64,000 nt of DNA from a virus (IMGVR_UViG_3300033417_000005:8617-72616); one strand, 5' to 3'; shown: positions 37,036-46,094, counted from the first letter of the stretch. Numbers and translations: made by a program. The notes: generated from the sequence alone by a model not told the origin.

Positions 37036-37576
37036 GCAATATGCGCCGGTAAAGACAAAGCGTGACTTCGTAAGGCGCTATCAAAATCACGAATTCGGCA
37101 ACCGCGCCCCTACTTGGGATACGATAGAAGAGTTTAAGAAAAGCGATTGCAAGGGACTGGTGCATATCCGAAACCGTAATGCGGGCGGGATTACTTTTTA
37201 CGACTTAACTAGAGAGGAAGCCATACGGCGGTGGAGTATTCTTGAGCCGAAAGAATTTTATATTTCTTTGATGGCCCCCACGAAAAAGACAATTCTTCAG
37301 GGAGAGTTGACTATCTCGGATTCCGAAGGTTTAACAGGACTGGTTACCACGGTTGCCAAGCCAATGCGAATTGCTCTAGCGGAGAAGGCTACGCAGGTGC
37401 GGGGTGTTTTTGTGAATGCTTTGCTAAGGACAATGCTCTGTCCGAACTCCTATGACTGGACAATGACACTGCTCGACCGCTATCCAGGTCACGTGATCGA
37501 ATTCACTACGTTCTCTTGCGACTGGGGTACTCTGCCCGGATTCAACACGGTGTGGTGGGAAGTGAGAGACTTTTAG
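37025..37576 (+). CDS. Hypothetical protein (possibly degenerate ATP-grasp-like)
   Basis: C-terminal VIEF...G...NTVWWEVR. Fold guess is weak. Confidence 0.45.
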   Translation: MSNKQYAPVKTKRDFVRRYQNHEFGNRAPTWDTIEEFKKSDCKGLVHIRNRNAGGITFYDLTREEAIRRWSILEPKEFYISLMAPTKKTILQGELTISDSEGLTGLVTTVAKPMRIALAEKATQVRGVFVNALLRTMLCPNSYDWTMTLLDRYPGHVIEFTTFSCDWGTLPGFNTVWWEVRDF

Positions 37577-37593
37577 TCTAACCGGAGAGGAAG

Positions 37594-37845
37594 ATGAACA
37601 TTGAAAAGAAAAAGCTGTTTGATCCAGTTTATCAGGAGATTGAATTGAAATCAAGAAAGATGGCGAGGGAAATTCGCTGCCTGTGCCCGGAGTGCAAGAC
37701 GGTCGTAAATGATCAAATTGTGAAGAATCTAGCGGCTGCTGAATTGAGCGGCACTGATTTGTTAGGACAATGTCCCGCTTGTTTGGCGAGCTTTACGCTG
37801 CGGGCGACTATTAAATGCAGAAAAACCTCAAGAGTGGATTATTGA
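37594..37845 (+). CDS. Zinc-ribbon protein
   Basis: CPEC...CPAC. Confidence 0.6.
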   Translation: MNIEKKKLFDPVYQEIELKSRKMAREIRCLCPECKTVVNDQIVKNLAAAELSGTDLLGQCPACLASFTLRATIKCRKTSRVDY

Positions 37846-37848
37846 TTG

Positions 37849-37888
37849 TTTCGGTCCATTTCGGTCCATTTCGGTCGGTTTCGGTCGG
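37849..37888 (+). repeat. 4 x 10-bp tandem TTTCGGTC(CA/GG)
   Basis: Seen directly. The same decamer recurs at 47218-47970. Confidence 0.85.
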
Positions 37889-37968
37889 TATTGGTGTGAC
37901 GAGTGGCCCGAACTCGTGGAGTATGCGAACGTGGTTGACGCCGATTGACAAATTAAAAGGAGCGTAAC

Positions 37969-38256
37969 GTGGCAGAAGACCGCATTAAAAATACCGAAGA
38001 TGCGATGGCGACTATCGAAGACGCGATGGCGACTATCGAAGACGCGATGGCGATTCTTGACGGCATAGTGAAGGTTTTTCCGTCGATTGAAAACCGCTTG
38101 GCCGCATCGGAGTGGGCAATTGGAATACTCAAAGCAGAAATGGTTGACGTTACGTCACAAGTTGTGCTTTCGATGGGCCGGATAACCGATATCGATAGGA
38201 CGCATCAAATTATCGCGCAGCAGCTCCGTCTTGTGGCGGATTCGTTGGAACAATGA
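37969..38256 (+). CDS. Coiled-coil hypothetical protein with 3 x 21-bp internal repeat (EDAMATI)
   Basis: AAGGAG SD. Repeats at 37996-38058. Confidence 0.6.
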   Translation: MAEDRIKNTEDAMATIEDAMATIEDAMAILDGIVKVFPSIENRLAASEWAIGILKAEMVDVTSQVVLSMGRITDIDRTHQIIAQQLRLVADSLEQ

Positions 38257-38278
38257 ACGTCAGTGATCTTTGCAATCA

Positions 38279-38610
38279 GGTTTAAGGGCCGTAGGTGCGT
38301 GCTAGCGCTAGGGGGCCTCAGTGGCCCTTAGCCGTACACACCGGGCTAGGGCAGTGTTACCTGCCCCCACAAGCAAGCGCAGCGCTGTAACGCCCCTAGC
38401 GTAGGGCAGGGCGTAAATGGGGCCGCCTCAGTGGCCCTCAGCCGTACGCGCCTAGGGGCAGGCGTGGTATTACTGCCCCTTAGCAAACGTGCGTTAGGGC
38501 GCAAATGAGGGGCCGTGAGGGGCAAGCACCTTGCGCAGCAATTGTTACGCCCTTTGGCGCATAAAAACACCCCCACGGGCACTACTACATAAGGGGGTAT
38601 ATTAACGGTG
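38279..38610. other. GA/TC-depleted intergenic island between convergent gene blocks
   Basis: Only 5 GA/TC in about 330 bp, all in CCTCA/TGAGG context. Confidence 0.85.
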
Positions 38611-38874
38611 TCAGATAATGTTCTCTTCTACAAACTCAACAAAGCCTAGCCGTTGGGCGATCTTTCCCAGGTCGAAGTGATCCTTGTGCCGGTCCCAAAA
38701 CCCACGGCAACAAAGAGCCTTGGAGTGATGGCAAATACGCCAGCCGTTGAAGTGTCCTTTCATGAGTGGATTAGCGATCTGTTTCTCCAAGGCTTGTAGG
38801 TCTAGAGGGGAATCTGCACGGTAGATGCAGGTGGCGCACTGTTTAGCTTGAACTTTCATAGATTTCTGTTTCAT
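38611..38874 (-). CDS. Cys/His-rich hypothetical early protein
   Basis: CATC...ICH...CRG. Coupled to the upstream gene. Confidence 0.6.
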   Translation of the reverse strand: MKQKSMKVQAKQCATCIYRADSPLDLQALEKQIANPLMKGHFNGWRICHHSKALCCRGFWDRHKDHFDLGKIAQRLGFVEFVEENII

Positions 38875-39065
38875 CCAATAGCCTTGCTGGCGCGTACGTG
38901 TTCTTCTGGATCCAATGATCGCAGGTGCCGAATGCGTTGGGAAAAATACTCTCCCGATTCATCTTGGAAGATCGGGTCGCCGACAGGGGCGAATCTCCAC
39001 TTGTAGAGTAGTTGCTCGTACGACATTGCGTCAATATACATCTTCAGTTCGTCAGTCAGTTTCAT
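38871..39065 (-). CDS. Hypothetical early protein
   Basis: Operon coupling. Confidence 0.6.
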   Translation of the reverse strand: MKLTDELKMYIDAMSYEQLLYKWRFAPVGDPIFQDESGEYFSQRIRHLRSLDPEEHVRASKAIG

Positions 39066-39354
39066 TGGTCGAGTCCTCGCGTAGTGGCATGGGAAAGAAG
39101 GATACTGATGCCGTTGGCGTAAAACCCCACTCTTCTTTCCAGGCTATGAGCTCTTCTTCGGAATTCATTACTCTTGCCCCATGCAGTCCGCTGTTAAGTC
39201 GTCCCGCTTGCCAATCAGCGTGTTTCGCGGGACCGAATATAATAATCACGTGGTCGTCGAATTTTGTCTTTCCTCGTTCCACTTCCTTCCATCCAAAGCC
39301 ATAGTAGTCTTGGCATGCTTCCGGGTGACGGGTAATAATTGTGATCCATGTCAT
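39052..39354 (-). CDS. Hypothetical early protein
   Basis: AAGGAG SD before ATG 39354. Confidence 0.6.
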   Translation of the reverse strand: MTWITIITRHPEACQDYYGFGWKEVERGKTKFDDHVIIIFGPAKHADWQAGRLNSGLHGARVMNSEEELIAWKEEWGFTPTASVSFFPMPLREDSTNETD

Positions 39355-39373
39355 GGTTTGAAACTCCTTGTCT

Positions 39374-39607
39374 TTAAGCGGATTCTTCTTGGAAGGAGAA
39401 CAGTACACGTTTTGTAATGGCGCAATAATTCCTGGGTTCCCTCGTTTCGGAAATCAGATCGCTGATTACCTCCATAGCTTGCCAAGGATGGGAGATGGGT
39501 TTGGTGATGAGGCGGTAACTAAGTCCGTTCATCGATTCTCGTCGAGCTACAGCGTATTGCTTTTCACTGATCTGCACGATAATGAGTGGTTGGAGTACAT
39601 TGTTCAT
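39374..39607 (-). CDS. Hypothetical early protein
   Basis: Fills the gap in the minus-strand operon. Confidence 0.5.
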   Translation of the reverse strand: MNNVLQPLIIVQISEKQYAVARRESMNGLSYRLITKPISHPWQAMEVISDLISETREPRNYCAITKRVLFSFQEESA

Positions 39608-39782
39608 AGCTAAATACTCTTAGGGTGGTGATTAGGACGTGACAAGCTAAAGCAGGACGTGTGCACTATGACGTTACAATTCGAAGACTCATGCTTCGTT
39701 AGGAAATGGCCGGTTTTAATGGGACCGGCCGAACCCCAAGCTGACAGCCCTACGAGGCGTCCTGCCTTGGCTTGATGACCCC

Positions 39783-40031
39783 TTAGGGGGCGTCCTTGCT
39801 GCCGACCACGGTTAGGATGACGTTGGCCTGCGCCTTTACGGGGACGTCACCTACCATGACGACGAACTTGTCGTTGGTGAACCAGCCGAAAGAACCAGAG
39901 CTGAATTCCTTGGGGCTGGCAATGGCCTCTTTACCACTGATTGAGAGCAGCAGCGGCTTGGCCTGTTCGGCAAACTCCGCATGGGTAAGGGGGCATTTGT
40001 TCTCCTTCTTCACTTCACTTTTCTTTGCCAT
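39783..40031 (-). CDS. Small conserved protein resembling a family recalled from Planctomycetes
   Basis: CPLT...AKPL...KEFSSGSFGW...TVVGSK. GGAG SD. Recognition from memory, not searched. Confidence 0.6.
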   Translation of the reverse strand: MAKKSEVKKENKCPLTHAEFAEQAKPLLLSISGKEAIASPKEFSSGSFGWFTNDKFVVMVGDVPVKAQANVILTVVGSKDAP

Positions 40032-40081
40032 GTTATGGCTCCTTCTAAAGGGAGGTTAGGGGTGTACTGCGTTATTGTACC

Positions 40082-40342
40082 TTAGTACCTAGTGATGAGA
40101 TAAATGGTGATTGTGGGCACCAAGAGTATGAGGGCCGCCCAGAATACAAAACCCACGATCAGGCACGCAATATCGGCACGTCGTGAGGCTCGCTTCCGCA
40201 CCAGCTGGCGATACTCTTCGGTTATCTCGCCAACAATGGCCTTCTGCTCGGCAACGTACTTCTCGAACTCGGCGCTGGTTATCCGAGGGCCTTGCACGGG
40301 GGGAGGTGTTACGGTCGTGGACGTTACAATTCGAGGACTCAT
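40082..40342 (-). CDS. Membrane protein with C-terminal TM helix
   Basis: AAGGAG SD; hydrophobic C-terminus. Confidence 0.6.
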   Translation of the reverse strand: MSPRIVTSTTVTPPPVQGPRITSAEFEKYVAEQKAIVGEITEEYRQLVRKRASRRADIACLIVGFVFWAALILLVPTITIYLITRY

Positions 40343-40492
40343 GGCGTTACTCCTTCGTTAAGGGCTTTGGAACAGGCAAGGAAGAACAAGAACAAATGGT
40401 ATCCTAACCATAGCATGAGGACGGCTAGGGTAAGATTTGCACCTGCGCCGATTAACTGGAGCATGACCTCAAGAAGGTTGGGTTCCTCGTGT

Positions 40493-40864
40493 TTACTTTC
40501 CATCTTTCTTCTCCGATACTACTTTAGGGTGATTGCCCGACCTGTCTTGAAACGCATAGAACCTGCGGGCTTGCCTGGCTCTTGCGAAGTGCTTCGTTAC
40601 TCTTTTTCCGTTTTGGCTGTATTCCACCGTTACCGCCGGAGCGCGGGTGCTGATGGGGAGGCGTGGAGTTCCACGAGGCCATCCTGTGAGTTTGCGCTTG
40701 GCATAAGCGAGGACGCTCCGCCGCTCGATTTGCCAGCACTCCATACCTAGTTCGTCCACCCAGACGAGCTCCGCTTGAATGTGGCCCTGCTTAATGAGCC
40801 ACCGTACGTGACGGGGGTGGCTGTTGAGTAAGCGGGCGGCCATGACTGCGGTAATCGTTTTCAC
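40493..40864 (-). CDS. Excisionase/MerR-like HTH protein
   Basis: GTG start with GGAG SD. TAVMAARLLNSHPRHVRWLIKQGHI...WQI. Confidence 0.6.
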   Translation of the reverse strand: MKTITAVMAARLLNSHPRHVRWLIKQGHIQAELVWVDELGMECWQIERRSVLAYAKRKLTGWPRGTPRLPISTRAPAVTVEYSQNGKRVTKHFARARQARRFYAFQDRSGNHPKVVSEKKDGK

Positions 40865-41205
40865 GTGACTTCTCCTTTCTGCGAAGCAATCTTTAGCTTT
40901 TCTTGAATGGGATATACGACGCCTCGTATTTTCAGTTCGAGCACGGCGTCGAGTGGAATGCTGCGGTACGCCTGTTTTTGTACGTCCCACACGGTAAGCA
41001 GGTTGTGCTCTTCAGGGTTGTAGGCCAGCCCTTTTCCTTGCGCAGCATTGTCACGTCCTTTGAGGTCCTTGGCCACCCCCAAACGGCATACCATGCGCCG
41101 AGGCTGCCCGTCAGTCCGCTTGATAAACAGGCAGCTGAATATCGTGGCTCCTGCTTTGTTGACAATCAGCCGTTTGGCTTTGGAGGTTTTACTTTTCTTC
41201 TTCAT
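40861..41205 (-). CDS. SH3-like beta-barrel phage protein (WYL-like)
   Basis: FIKRTDGQPRRM...LLTVWDVQKQAYRSIPL. Confidence 0.65.
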   Translation of the reverse strand: MKKKSKTSKAKRLIVNKAGATIFSCLFIKRTDGQPRRMVCRLGVAKDLKGRDNAAQGKGLAYNPEEHNLLTVWDVQKQAYRSIPLDAVLELKIRGVVYPIQEKLKIASQKGEVT

Positions 41206-41518
41206 TGATCATCTCCCTAGTTATCCACCTGCCAAGCCAGCCTTTTCGACCATCGAATAGGTCACCTAGAAATTCACTGAGTTCCTGTAACGGCGGATCC
41301 TGTTTCACCAGCGCTTCGAGTTCACTATGCTCTCCCGCGGCAAGAGTACAGATTGCCTCCTTGTCGGGCAGCCGGTCCGCCAACTTACTGAGGCGAGTGG
41401 TAAGTAGCTCAGGCAAGGCATGCACGATGGAATGGTAAGGGTTTACGCCACGCACGAGGTCGCCGTAGTTGTCCTCGCATAGCTCTTCTAGCAGCAGCAG
41501 CAGATTTTCACTAATCAT
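41189..41518 (-). CDS. Hypothetical protein, paralog of 41780-42109
   Basis: About 50% identity to the upstream paralog by eye. Confidence 0.7.
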   Translation of the reverse strand: MISENLLLLLEELCEDNYGDLVRGVNPYHSIVHALPELLTTRLSKLADRLPDKEAICTLAAGEHSELEALVKQDPPLQELSEFLGDLFDGRKGWLGRWITREMINEEEK

Positions 41519-41796
41519 TATTTCTCTCCTTTTTCTAAAACGCGGTATAGGTCCTCCGCCCATTGGTCGTAGGTTTGGTTCCTTGGTACGCCGATCCAGA
41601 TCCATAGGGTGCGCATTGTTTGGGCAACCGCCTTCGTGCTTAGGTGGTCGTCTACAACAGCGGTTACGATGCGTTCTAAAATCTCTTCTTTGGGGGTACG
41701 CATACCAGCTTTGCTCATTTGTTGCAGCACCGTGCGCCTTACGCGACTGCGTGAGGACGTTACAACGCTGCGCGAGGTTTTACTTTTCTTCTTCAT
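41518..41796 (-). CDS. Hypothetical protein
   Basis: Shares its MKKKSKTS start with 40861-41205. Confidence 0.6.
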   Translation of the reverse strand: MKKKSKTSRSVVTSSRSRVRRTVLQQMSKAGMRTPKEEILERIVTAVVDDHLSTKAVAQTMRTLWIWIGVPRNQTYDQWAEDLYRVLEKGEK

Positions 41797-42109
41797 TGAG
41801 AATCTCCGGGGTTATCCACTTGCTAAGCCAGCCTTCCTCTCCATCGAATAGATCATTTAGAAAGTCATTGAGTTGCCGCAATGGCGGATCCTGCTTAATC
41901 ACCTCTTCCTGTTCGCTATACTCTCCCCAGGCGAGGGTTAATACCGTGGCCGTGTCTGGCATCCGGTCCGCCAACGTACTGAGATGCGTGGTAAGTGGAT
42001 CAGGCAAGGCGTACATGACGAAAAAGTAAGGATTTACGTGAGGCGAGAGGTCGCCCCATTGTTCTTTGTATAACTCTTCTATTATCAGTTGCAGGTTTTT
42101 ACTAATCAT
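41780..42109 (-). CDS. Hypothetical protein, paralog of 41189-41518
   Basis: VNPY...ALP...LTT.LS.LADR...KQDPPL...LFDG..GWL..WIT shared. Confidence 0.7.
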   Translation of the reverse strand: MISKNLQLIIEELYKEQWGDLSPHVNPYFFVMYALPDPLTTHLSTLADRMPDTATVLTLAWGEYSEQEEVIKQDPPLRQLNDFLNDLFDGEEGWLSKWITPEILNEEEK

Positions 42110-42315
42110 GATTGGGTTTCCAGTCTGTGGCAAATGTGCTCTACTATAGACGCTAGCCGTTCTAGTGTCTCGTCGTCAGTATACTCTTGCATCACCTTGG
42201 CTATACTGTGTACACTCAGCCCGTCCTCGATGCCGTTTGCTATGGGCTTGCAAGGTATTGTCACACCAGCTCGCTGTAGTTCTTCTCGTATCACTGTATA
42301 CGTTCTAATATCCAT
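42106..42315 (-). CDS. Hypothetical protein
   Basis: Operon coupling. C-terminal HRLET is shared with the upstream gene. Confidence 0.55.
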   Translation of the reverse strand: MDIRTYTVIREELQRAGVTIPCKPIANGIEDGLSVHSIAKVMQEYTDDETLERLASIVEHICHRLETQS

Positions 42316-42712
42316 TTGAGGTCTCCAGTCGGTGGTAAATGCGTTCAGCCAATTCCGTGCAAGTTATTTCTAGCGGCTGGCCGATTATGCCGCTCCACTT
42401 TTGAATAAAGCACCCCACGTCGCAGGCCGATAAATGGTCTTCAATTAACTGTGCCACTTCTTCTATTGGGTTGGGGTACCGGTGGTCTAACCCGGCAAGT
42501 TTGAACTCTTTCTTGACTGCTTTTCTAATTTTCCTGTTCATCTTTACTCTCTCTCTTTCTAAGGTGCGTTCTTCGGGACGTGACATGACTTCGTCAGGAT
42601 GGCGCTCCAAGTAACAAGCGTGGCAATCCTGTTCGTGCCGTTTGCCTTCCGCGTAGGTGCTAAAGGGCTCGCCACAGGCGGCCACATAAACGTCGGTGTA
42701 ATTCCAGCTCAT
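42305..42712 (-). CDS. Hypothetical protein
   Basis: AGGAG SD; N-terminal CxxH...C motif. Confidence 0.6.
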   Translation of the reverse strand: MSWNYTDVYVAACGEPFSTYAEGKRHEQDCHACYLERHPDEVMSRPEERTLERERVKMNRKIRKAVKKEFKLAGLDHRYPNPIEEVAQLIEDHLSACDVGCFIQKWSGIIGQPLEITCTELAERIYHRLETSNGY

Positions 42713-42747
42713 AATTGTGTCTCCTGTAAAGGGTGTTGTGGAGGGGG

Positions 42748-43035
42748 CTAGGTAACGGGGTCGTCAGTTCCTTCGTAGCACCAATATCCTTTGTCGTCGT
42801 CGCCCATGGTGTAAAGATATAGGCGTTCGGCAACGGTGTCGTAGACGTGTACGTTGTCGTAGTCGTACCATGTTTTGTCGTCCATCATACGGTTTATGTG
42901 GGCGTCACACTCACTCAGCGTATCGTACATGGCGAGTACCTCGCGATTAGGGCCGAGGTGCCCGATTACCGCAAAGCGTTTTGCTTTGTCAACATTGGCG
43001 GGGCTGGTGTTAAACCTAATCATTTTCTTCGACAT
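42748..43035 (-). CDS. Acidic hypothetical protein, paralog of 43186-43449
   Basis: KRFAV.G...EVLAMY.TLSECDA.I...YDNV..YD...WCYE.T..PV. Confidence 0.7.
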   Translation of the reverse strand: MSKKMIRFNTSPANVDKAKRFAVIGHLGPNREVLAMYDTLSECDAHINRMMDDKTWYDYDNVHVYDTVAERLYLYTMGDDDKGYWCYEGTDDPVT

Positions 43036-43115
43036 TTCATTTCTCCTTTGTGCGTGGGGGTGTTTTGGGGCGGCCTACACTCCGTCCCCGTGGGGGCGCT
43101 TTTGGCCCTACATAT

Positions 43116-43144
43116 AGCCTAGCACAGCGGCTAAAGGAATGCAA
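43116..43144 (-). promoter_or_regulatory. Sigma70-type early promoter
   Basis: TTGCAT-N17-TAGGCT with extended -10 TG. Confidence 0.7.
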
Positions 43145-43185
43145 GGGGTGAAATGCAGTTTTTTGCATGCGATAAATGGGGGTAA

Positions 43186-43449
43186 TTATTCGATAACGGG
43201 TTCGTTGGTGTCTTCGTAGCACCACCCTCCTCCCCCCTTATCATAGAGGCATAGATGTTCGGTAAGGCAGTCGTATAGGTTTACATTGTCGTATTCCTGG
43301 ATTTCACCGTCCTCACACATGCCCTCTATATAGGCGTCACACTCACTTAGAGTTTCGTACATGGCGAGTACCTCGCAATCAGTGTCGATGTAGCCGAGGA
43401 CTGCAAAGCGTTTTGTGGGTTCCACGGTTTCGCCTTCAAGCCTGATCAT
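43186..43449 (-). CDS. Acidic hypothetical protein, paralog of 42748-43035
   Basis: Shares the motif set listed for 42748-43035. AAGGA SD. Confidence 0.7.
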   Translation of the reverse strand: MIRLEGETVEPTKRFAVLGYIDTDCEVLAMYETLSECDAYIEGMCEDGEIQEYDNVNLYDCLTEHLCLYDKGGGGWCYEDTNEPVIE

Positions 43450-43476
43450 TAGGCTGTCCTTTCTTTAAGTTGGATG

Positions 43477-44112
43477 TTACAGCGCTGCGCTTGGTACGTT
43501 TCGTAAAGCAGCCTCAAATACTTGATAGAGATATTCTTTGACGTCGTTGCGGTTTGGCCCGCTGATCTTTAACTCAAAGTCATTGGTCAGGCTGGGGCGC
43601 ACCGTGCAGACATGGAAAGTCCATCCGTCGTACATGCCCACTTCATTCGTATGATGATAGCCGAAGCGCAGTACGAGTTTGTTGGCGTTGCTGCGTTCCA
43701 GGTCGAAAACAACCTCGTCGTCGACACCACTGCCATGAGGCAGCCACTCAGCAACTAGCTCTTTGATTTCTTGTTCATGCTTCTCCTTCCATTCAAGGTT
43801 GTTGGACTCGACACAGGTAAGGCGCGCCTGGCAAAGGATGGCCAGTGCTTGGTACAGGGGGCCTGTCTTCTTGGGGGAAGCGTAAAAGAGTTTGTTTCCA
43901 TTCATAATTCGTGCAACAACGTGCCAGTTGTATTCAATGGAGGGAATGGTGACGTCAATAGGTGCAATCGTCGCGAATGTGTTTTTTCTTCCGGTGACTC
44001 TTGCGGGATATTCAATTCCACCGATAGTAAGCCAGCATTCTTGTCCTGCAAACTTTTTCGCAAGATTTCTGGTTTCGTAAACCGTTGGCCGCAGTCTTGT
44101 GTTCCAGCTCAT
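43477..44112 (-). CDS. Hypothetical early protein
   Basis: LPHGSGVD...YHHTNEVGMYDGWT...ISGPNRNDVKEYL. Confidence 0.65.
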   Translation of the reverse strand: MSWNTRLRPTVYETRNLAKKFAGQECWLTIGGIEYPARVTGRKNTFATIAPIDVTIPSIEYNWHVVARIMNGNKLFYASPKKTGPLYQALAILCQARLTCVESNNLEWKEKHEQEIKELVAEWLPHGSGVDDEVVFDLERSNANKLVLRFGYHHTNEVGMYDGWTFHVCTVRPSLTNDFELKISGPNRNDVKEYLYQVFEAALRNVPSAAL

Positions 44113-44414
44113 TGTTCTTTCCTTTCAAGAGAGACCTCAATAACTATTCGATCGATACATACGGGCCAGCGCTGCGATTGCCCTGCTTTCCACGAGTTTT
44201 CGAGTTGTAACCCCCACCTTCGTATCAACGGCGGCACGAGTCTCCAAGCCGACCTTTCCACGCCTTCGTGCCCCCAAGCGATAAAGTTTCCTCGGTGAAT
44301 TAAAACACCCTCGGAGGTGGAGGCGGTGGCGACATAGTCAAGCTGACGCGGTCCTTCGACAAATATGTCCTCGGGCCACGAATCTGGATCGATATAATTA
44401 ACTTTCACTTCCAT
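44109..44414 (-). CDS. Hypothetical early protein
   Basis: Operon coupling. Confidence 0.55.
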   Translation of the reverse strand: MEVKVNYIDPDSWPEDIFVEGPRQLDYVATASTSEGVLIHRGNFIAWGHEGVERSAWRLVPPLIRRWGLQLENSWKAGQSQRWPVCIDRIVIEVSLERKEQ

Positions 44415-44424
44415 GGGGGGTTCC

Positions 44425-44643
44425 TTAATAGTTGACGTTCACGGTTTTCGTGAGCTTGGCATAGCGAATGCTGTACCGTTCGCCTTTGTTGGACTTCCGG
44501 GCATCTTCGATAGAGGTGTACCGGCCGTCGTCCGGGTGGAAGGCGCAAGCAATTATGAAGTCCTTGTTTTCTTGCCAATCCTTCTTTACGGCGGCGGCGT
44601 TCGTGTAATCACGGTTGTAGGCGGGTATTAAGGTCACGTACAT
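44425..44643 (-). CDS. Conserved small phage protein (PAY.RDY...KDF)
   Basis: AAGGAG SD. Confidence 0.65.
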   Translation of the reverse strand: MYVTLIPAYNRDYTNAAAVKKDWQENKDFIIACAFHPDDGRYTSIEDARKSNKGERYSIRYAKLTKTVNVNY

Positions 44644-44668
44644 GATTTCATTTCTCCTTTGTGTTAAA

Positions 44669-44902
44669 TCAGTCTTCGTGGCGGCCCCAGGCATTTTCGT
44701 ATTCCGCTAGGGTGTCCTCCAGTCTTACAAACAGCTCTTCGACCTCCGTAGTATCCATTCGTACGAGCAGGTCCTTGGCGCGCGTGCCTGCGATAGGCCA
44801 GCGTTCCGATGGAAGCTGCTGCTTGATCATGGCTGTTAATAGGTCGTCGATCGCCACGGCCATGGGGGCGGTTTGTGCGAATTTACCAGGGTTTGTACTC
44901 AT
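44669..44902 (-). CDS. Hypothetical early protein
   Basis: AAGGAG SD; first gene after the 45005 promoter. Confidence 0.6.
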   Translation of the reverse strand: MSTNPGKFAQTAPMAVAIDDLLTAMIKQQLPSERWPIAGTRAKDLLVRMDTTEVEELFVRLEDTLAEYENAWGRHED

Positions 44903-45004
44903 TTCATTTCTCCTTGTGGGTGTTACAACGCTTCGCGAGGTGTTGTGTACTCCGTCCCCGTGGGTGCCACATTGTGTGGCGGCCAAGGCACGGGGCCAAC
45001 CTAT

Positions 45005-45033
45005 AGCCTAGCATACCGGCTAAAGGGATACAA
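45005..45033 (-). promoter_or_regulatory. Sigma70-type early promoter
   Basis: TTGTAT-N17-TAGGCT with extended -10 TG. Flanks are near-identical to those of the 43116 promoter. Confidence 0.7.
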
Positions 45034-45138
45034 GGGGTAAAATGGCGGTATATAATGGTATTGGGTGTAAAACAAAATTGGATGCGGACGTAAGGTAAAT
45101 AGTGATAAAACCCTGAAACAAGATTGGAGAATTGTAGA

Positions 45139-45396
45139 ATGCGAGACATCCAGCCTAATGTGGAAGAAGACCAAATTTTGGAGCGGTTGCGTAACGTGGA
45201 AGAAGACCGAATGATGAAATGGTTTGCGTACGTGCATCTGCCGGATAATCTCCGGATCATTAGCAGCCCGTTCCACGATCTAGCTCATGATCTTTGCAGG
45301 AGGATCGATCCTGGCCCGGAACGTACCGTCATGCTGCGGAAACTGTTGGAGTCGAAAGACGCGGCTGTCCGGGCCGTGGTGCATCCGGGAGGATAA
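45139..45396 (+). CDS. Conserved small phage protein
   Basis: FAYVHLP...SSPFHDLA...GPERTVMLRKLLESKDAAVRA. Confidence 0.7.
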   Translation: MRDIQPNVEEDQILERLRNVEEDRMMKWFAYVHLPDNLRIISSPFHDLAHDLCRRIDPGPERTVMLRKLLESKDAAVRAVVHPGG

Positions 45397-45439
45397 GAGC
45401 GAGTCTTCTAATTGTTTTTCATGATCTACGGAGGAAGTC

Positions 45440-45709
45440 ATGGGTCGTATTAAATGGCACGGTTCGTGTGATGCCAAGCGTCAAAGTCCCCTTGCTAAAC
45501 ACATTGGATCGCAGCTGCTTAGGGCTCGAGAAAAACATCAATTGACAATTCGGGAAACTGCGAAGAGAGTGGGCATATCCAACGCATTTGTCTGCCAAAT
45601 CGAAAATGGCCAAAGCGTCCCAGGCGCCGAGATTCTTTGGAAGCTGTCGAGAACGTTTGACGTTCCGGTAACTTATTGGTTTCGTGGATTCACGGACGAT
45701 AATGGCTAA
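45440..45709 (+). CDS. XRE-family HTH transcriptional regulator
   Basis: LLRAREKHQLTIRETAKRVGISNAFVCQIENG...P. Confidence 0.85.
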   Translation: MGRIKWHGSCDAKRQSPLAKHIGSQLLRAREKHQLTIRETAKRVGISNAFVCQIENGQSVPGAEILWKLSRTFDVPVTYWFRGFTDDNG

Positions 45710-45727
45710 TTACCCCGGAGGCTGATA

Positions 45728-46045
45728 ATGGTCCGCGAAACTATGGTGTGGGAACCAGAATATCCACTGCCGAAATTGACAGCCGAAGACCGTCAAGCCT
45801 TGAATGAAATTGATATCAACAAAATAATTGCCAGCGTGGTGGCGGAGATGCCGCCCGAGGACGTTACAACGCTTCGCGAACAACAAAAACCATGGAAGGT
45901 GACCGATACGTTCGGTAACACAATTCAGCGATACAAAACTAAATCGGATGCATTAGCGTCGTGCATTGCTAGAAATCTACTCGCGAGGGAGATGGGATTG
46001 TGGATGAGGTATCGCGTTGCGAGAGATCAAGGGTGGGACGAGTGA
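45728..46045 (+). CDS. Hypothetical protein
   Basis: GGAGG SD. Confidence 0.55.
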   Translation: MVRETMVWEPEYPLPKLTAEDRQALNEIDINKIIASVVAEMPPEDVTTLREQQKPWKVTDTFGNTIQRYKTKSDALASCIARNLLAREMGLWMRYRVARDQGWDE

Positions 46046-46094
46046 TCTAAATAATGCTGCGCGACGCGATTTTTTGTCGTAAAAAGGTGCAATA

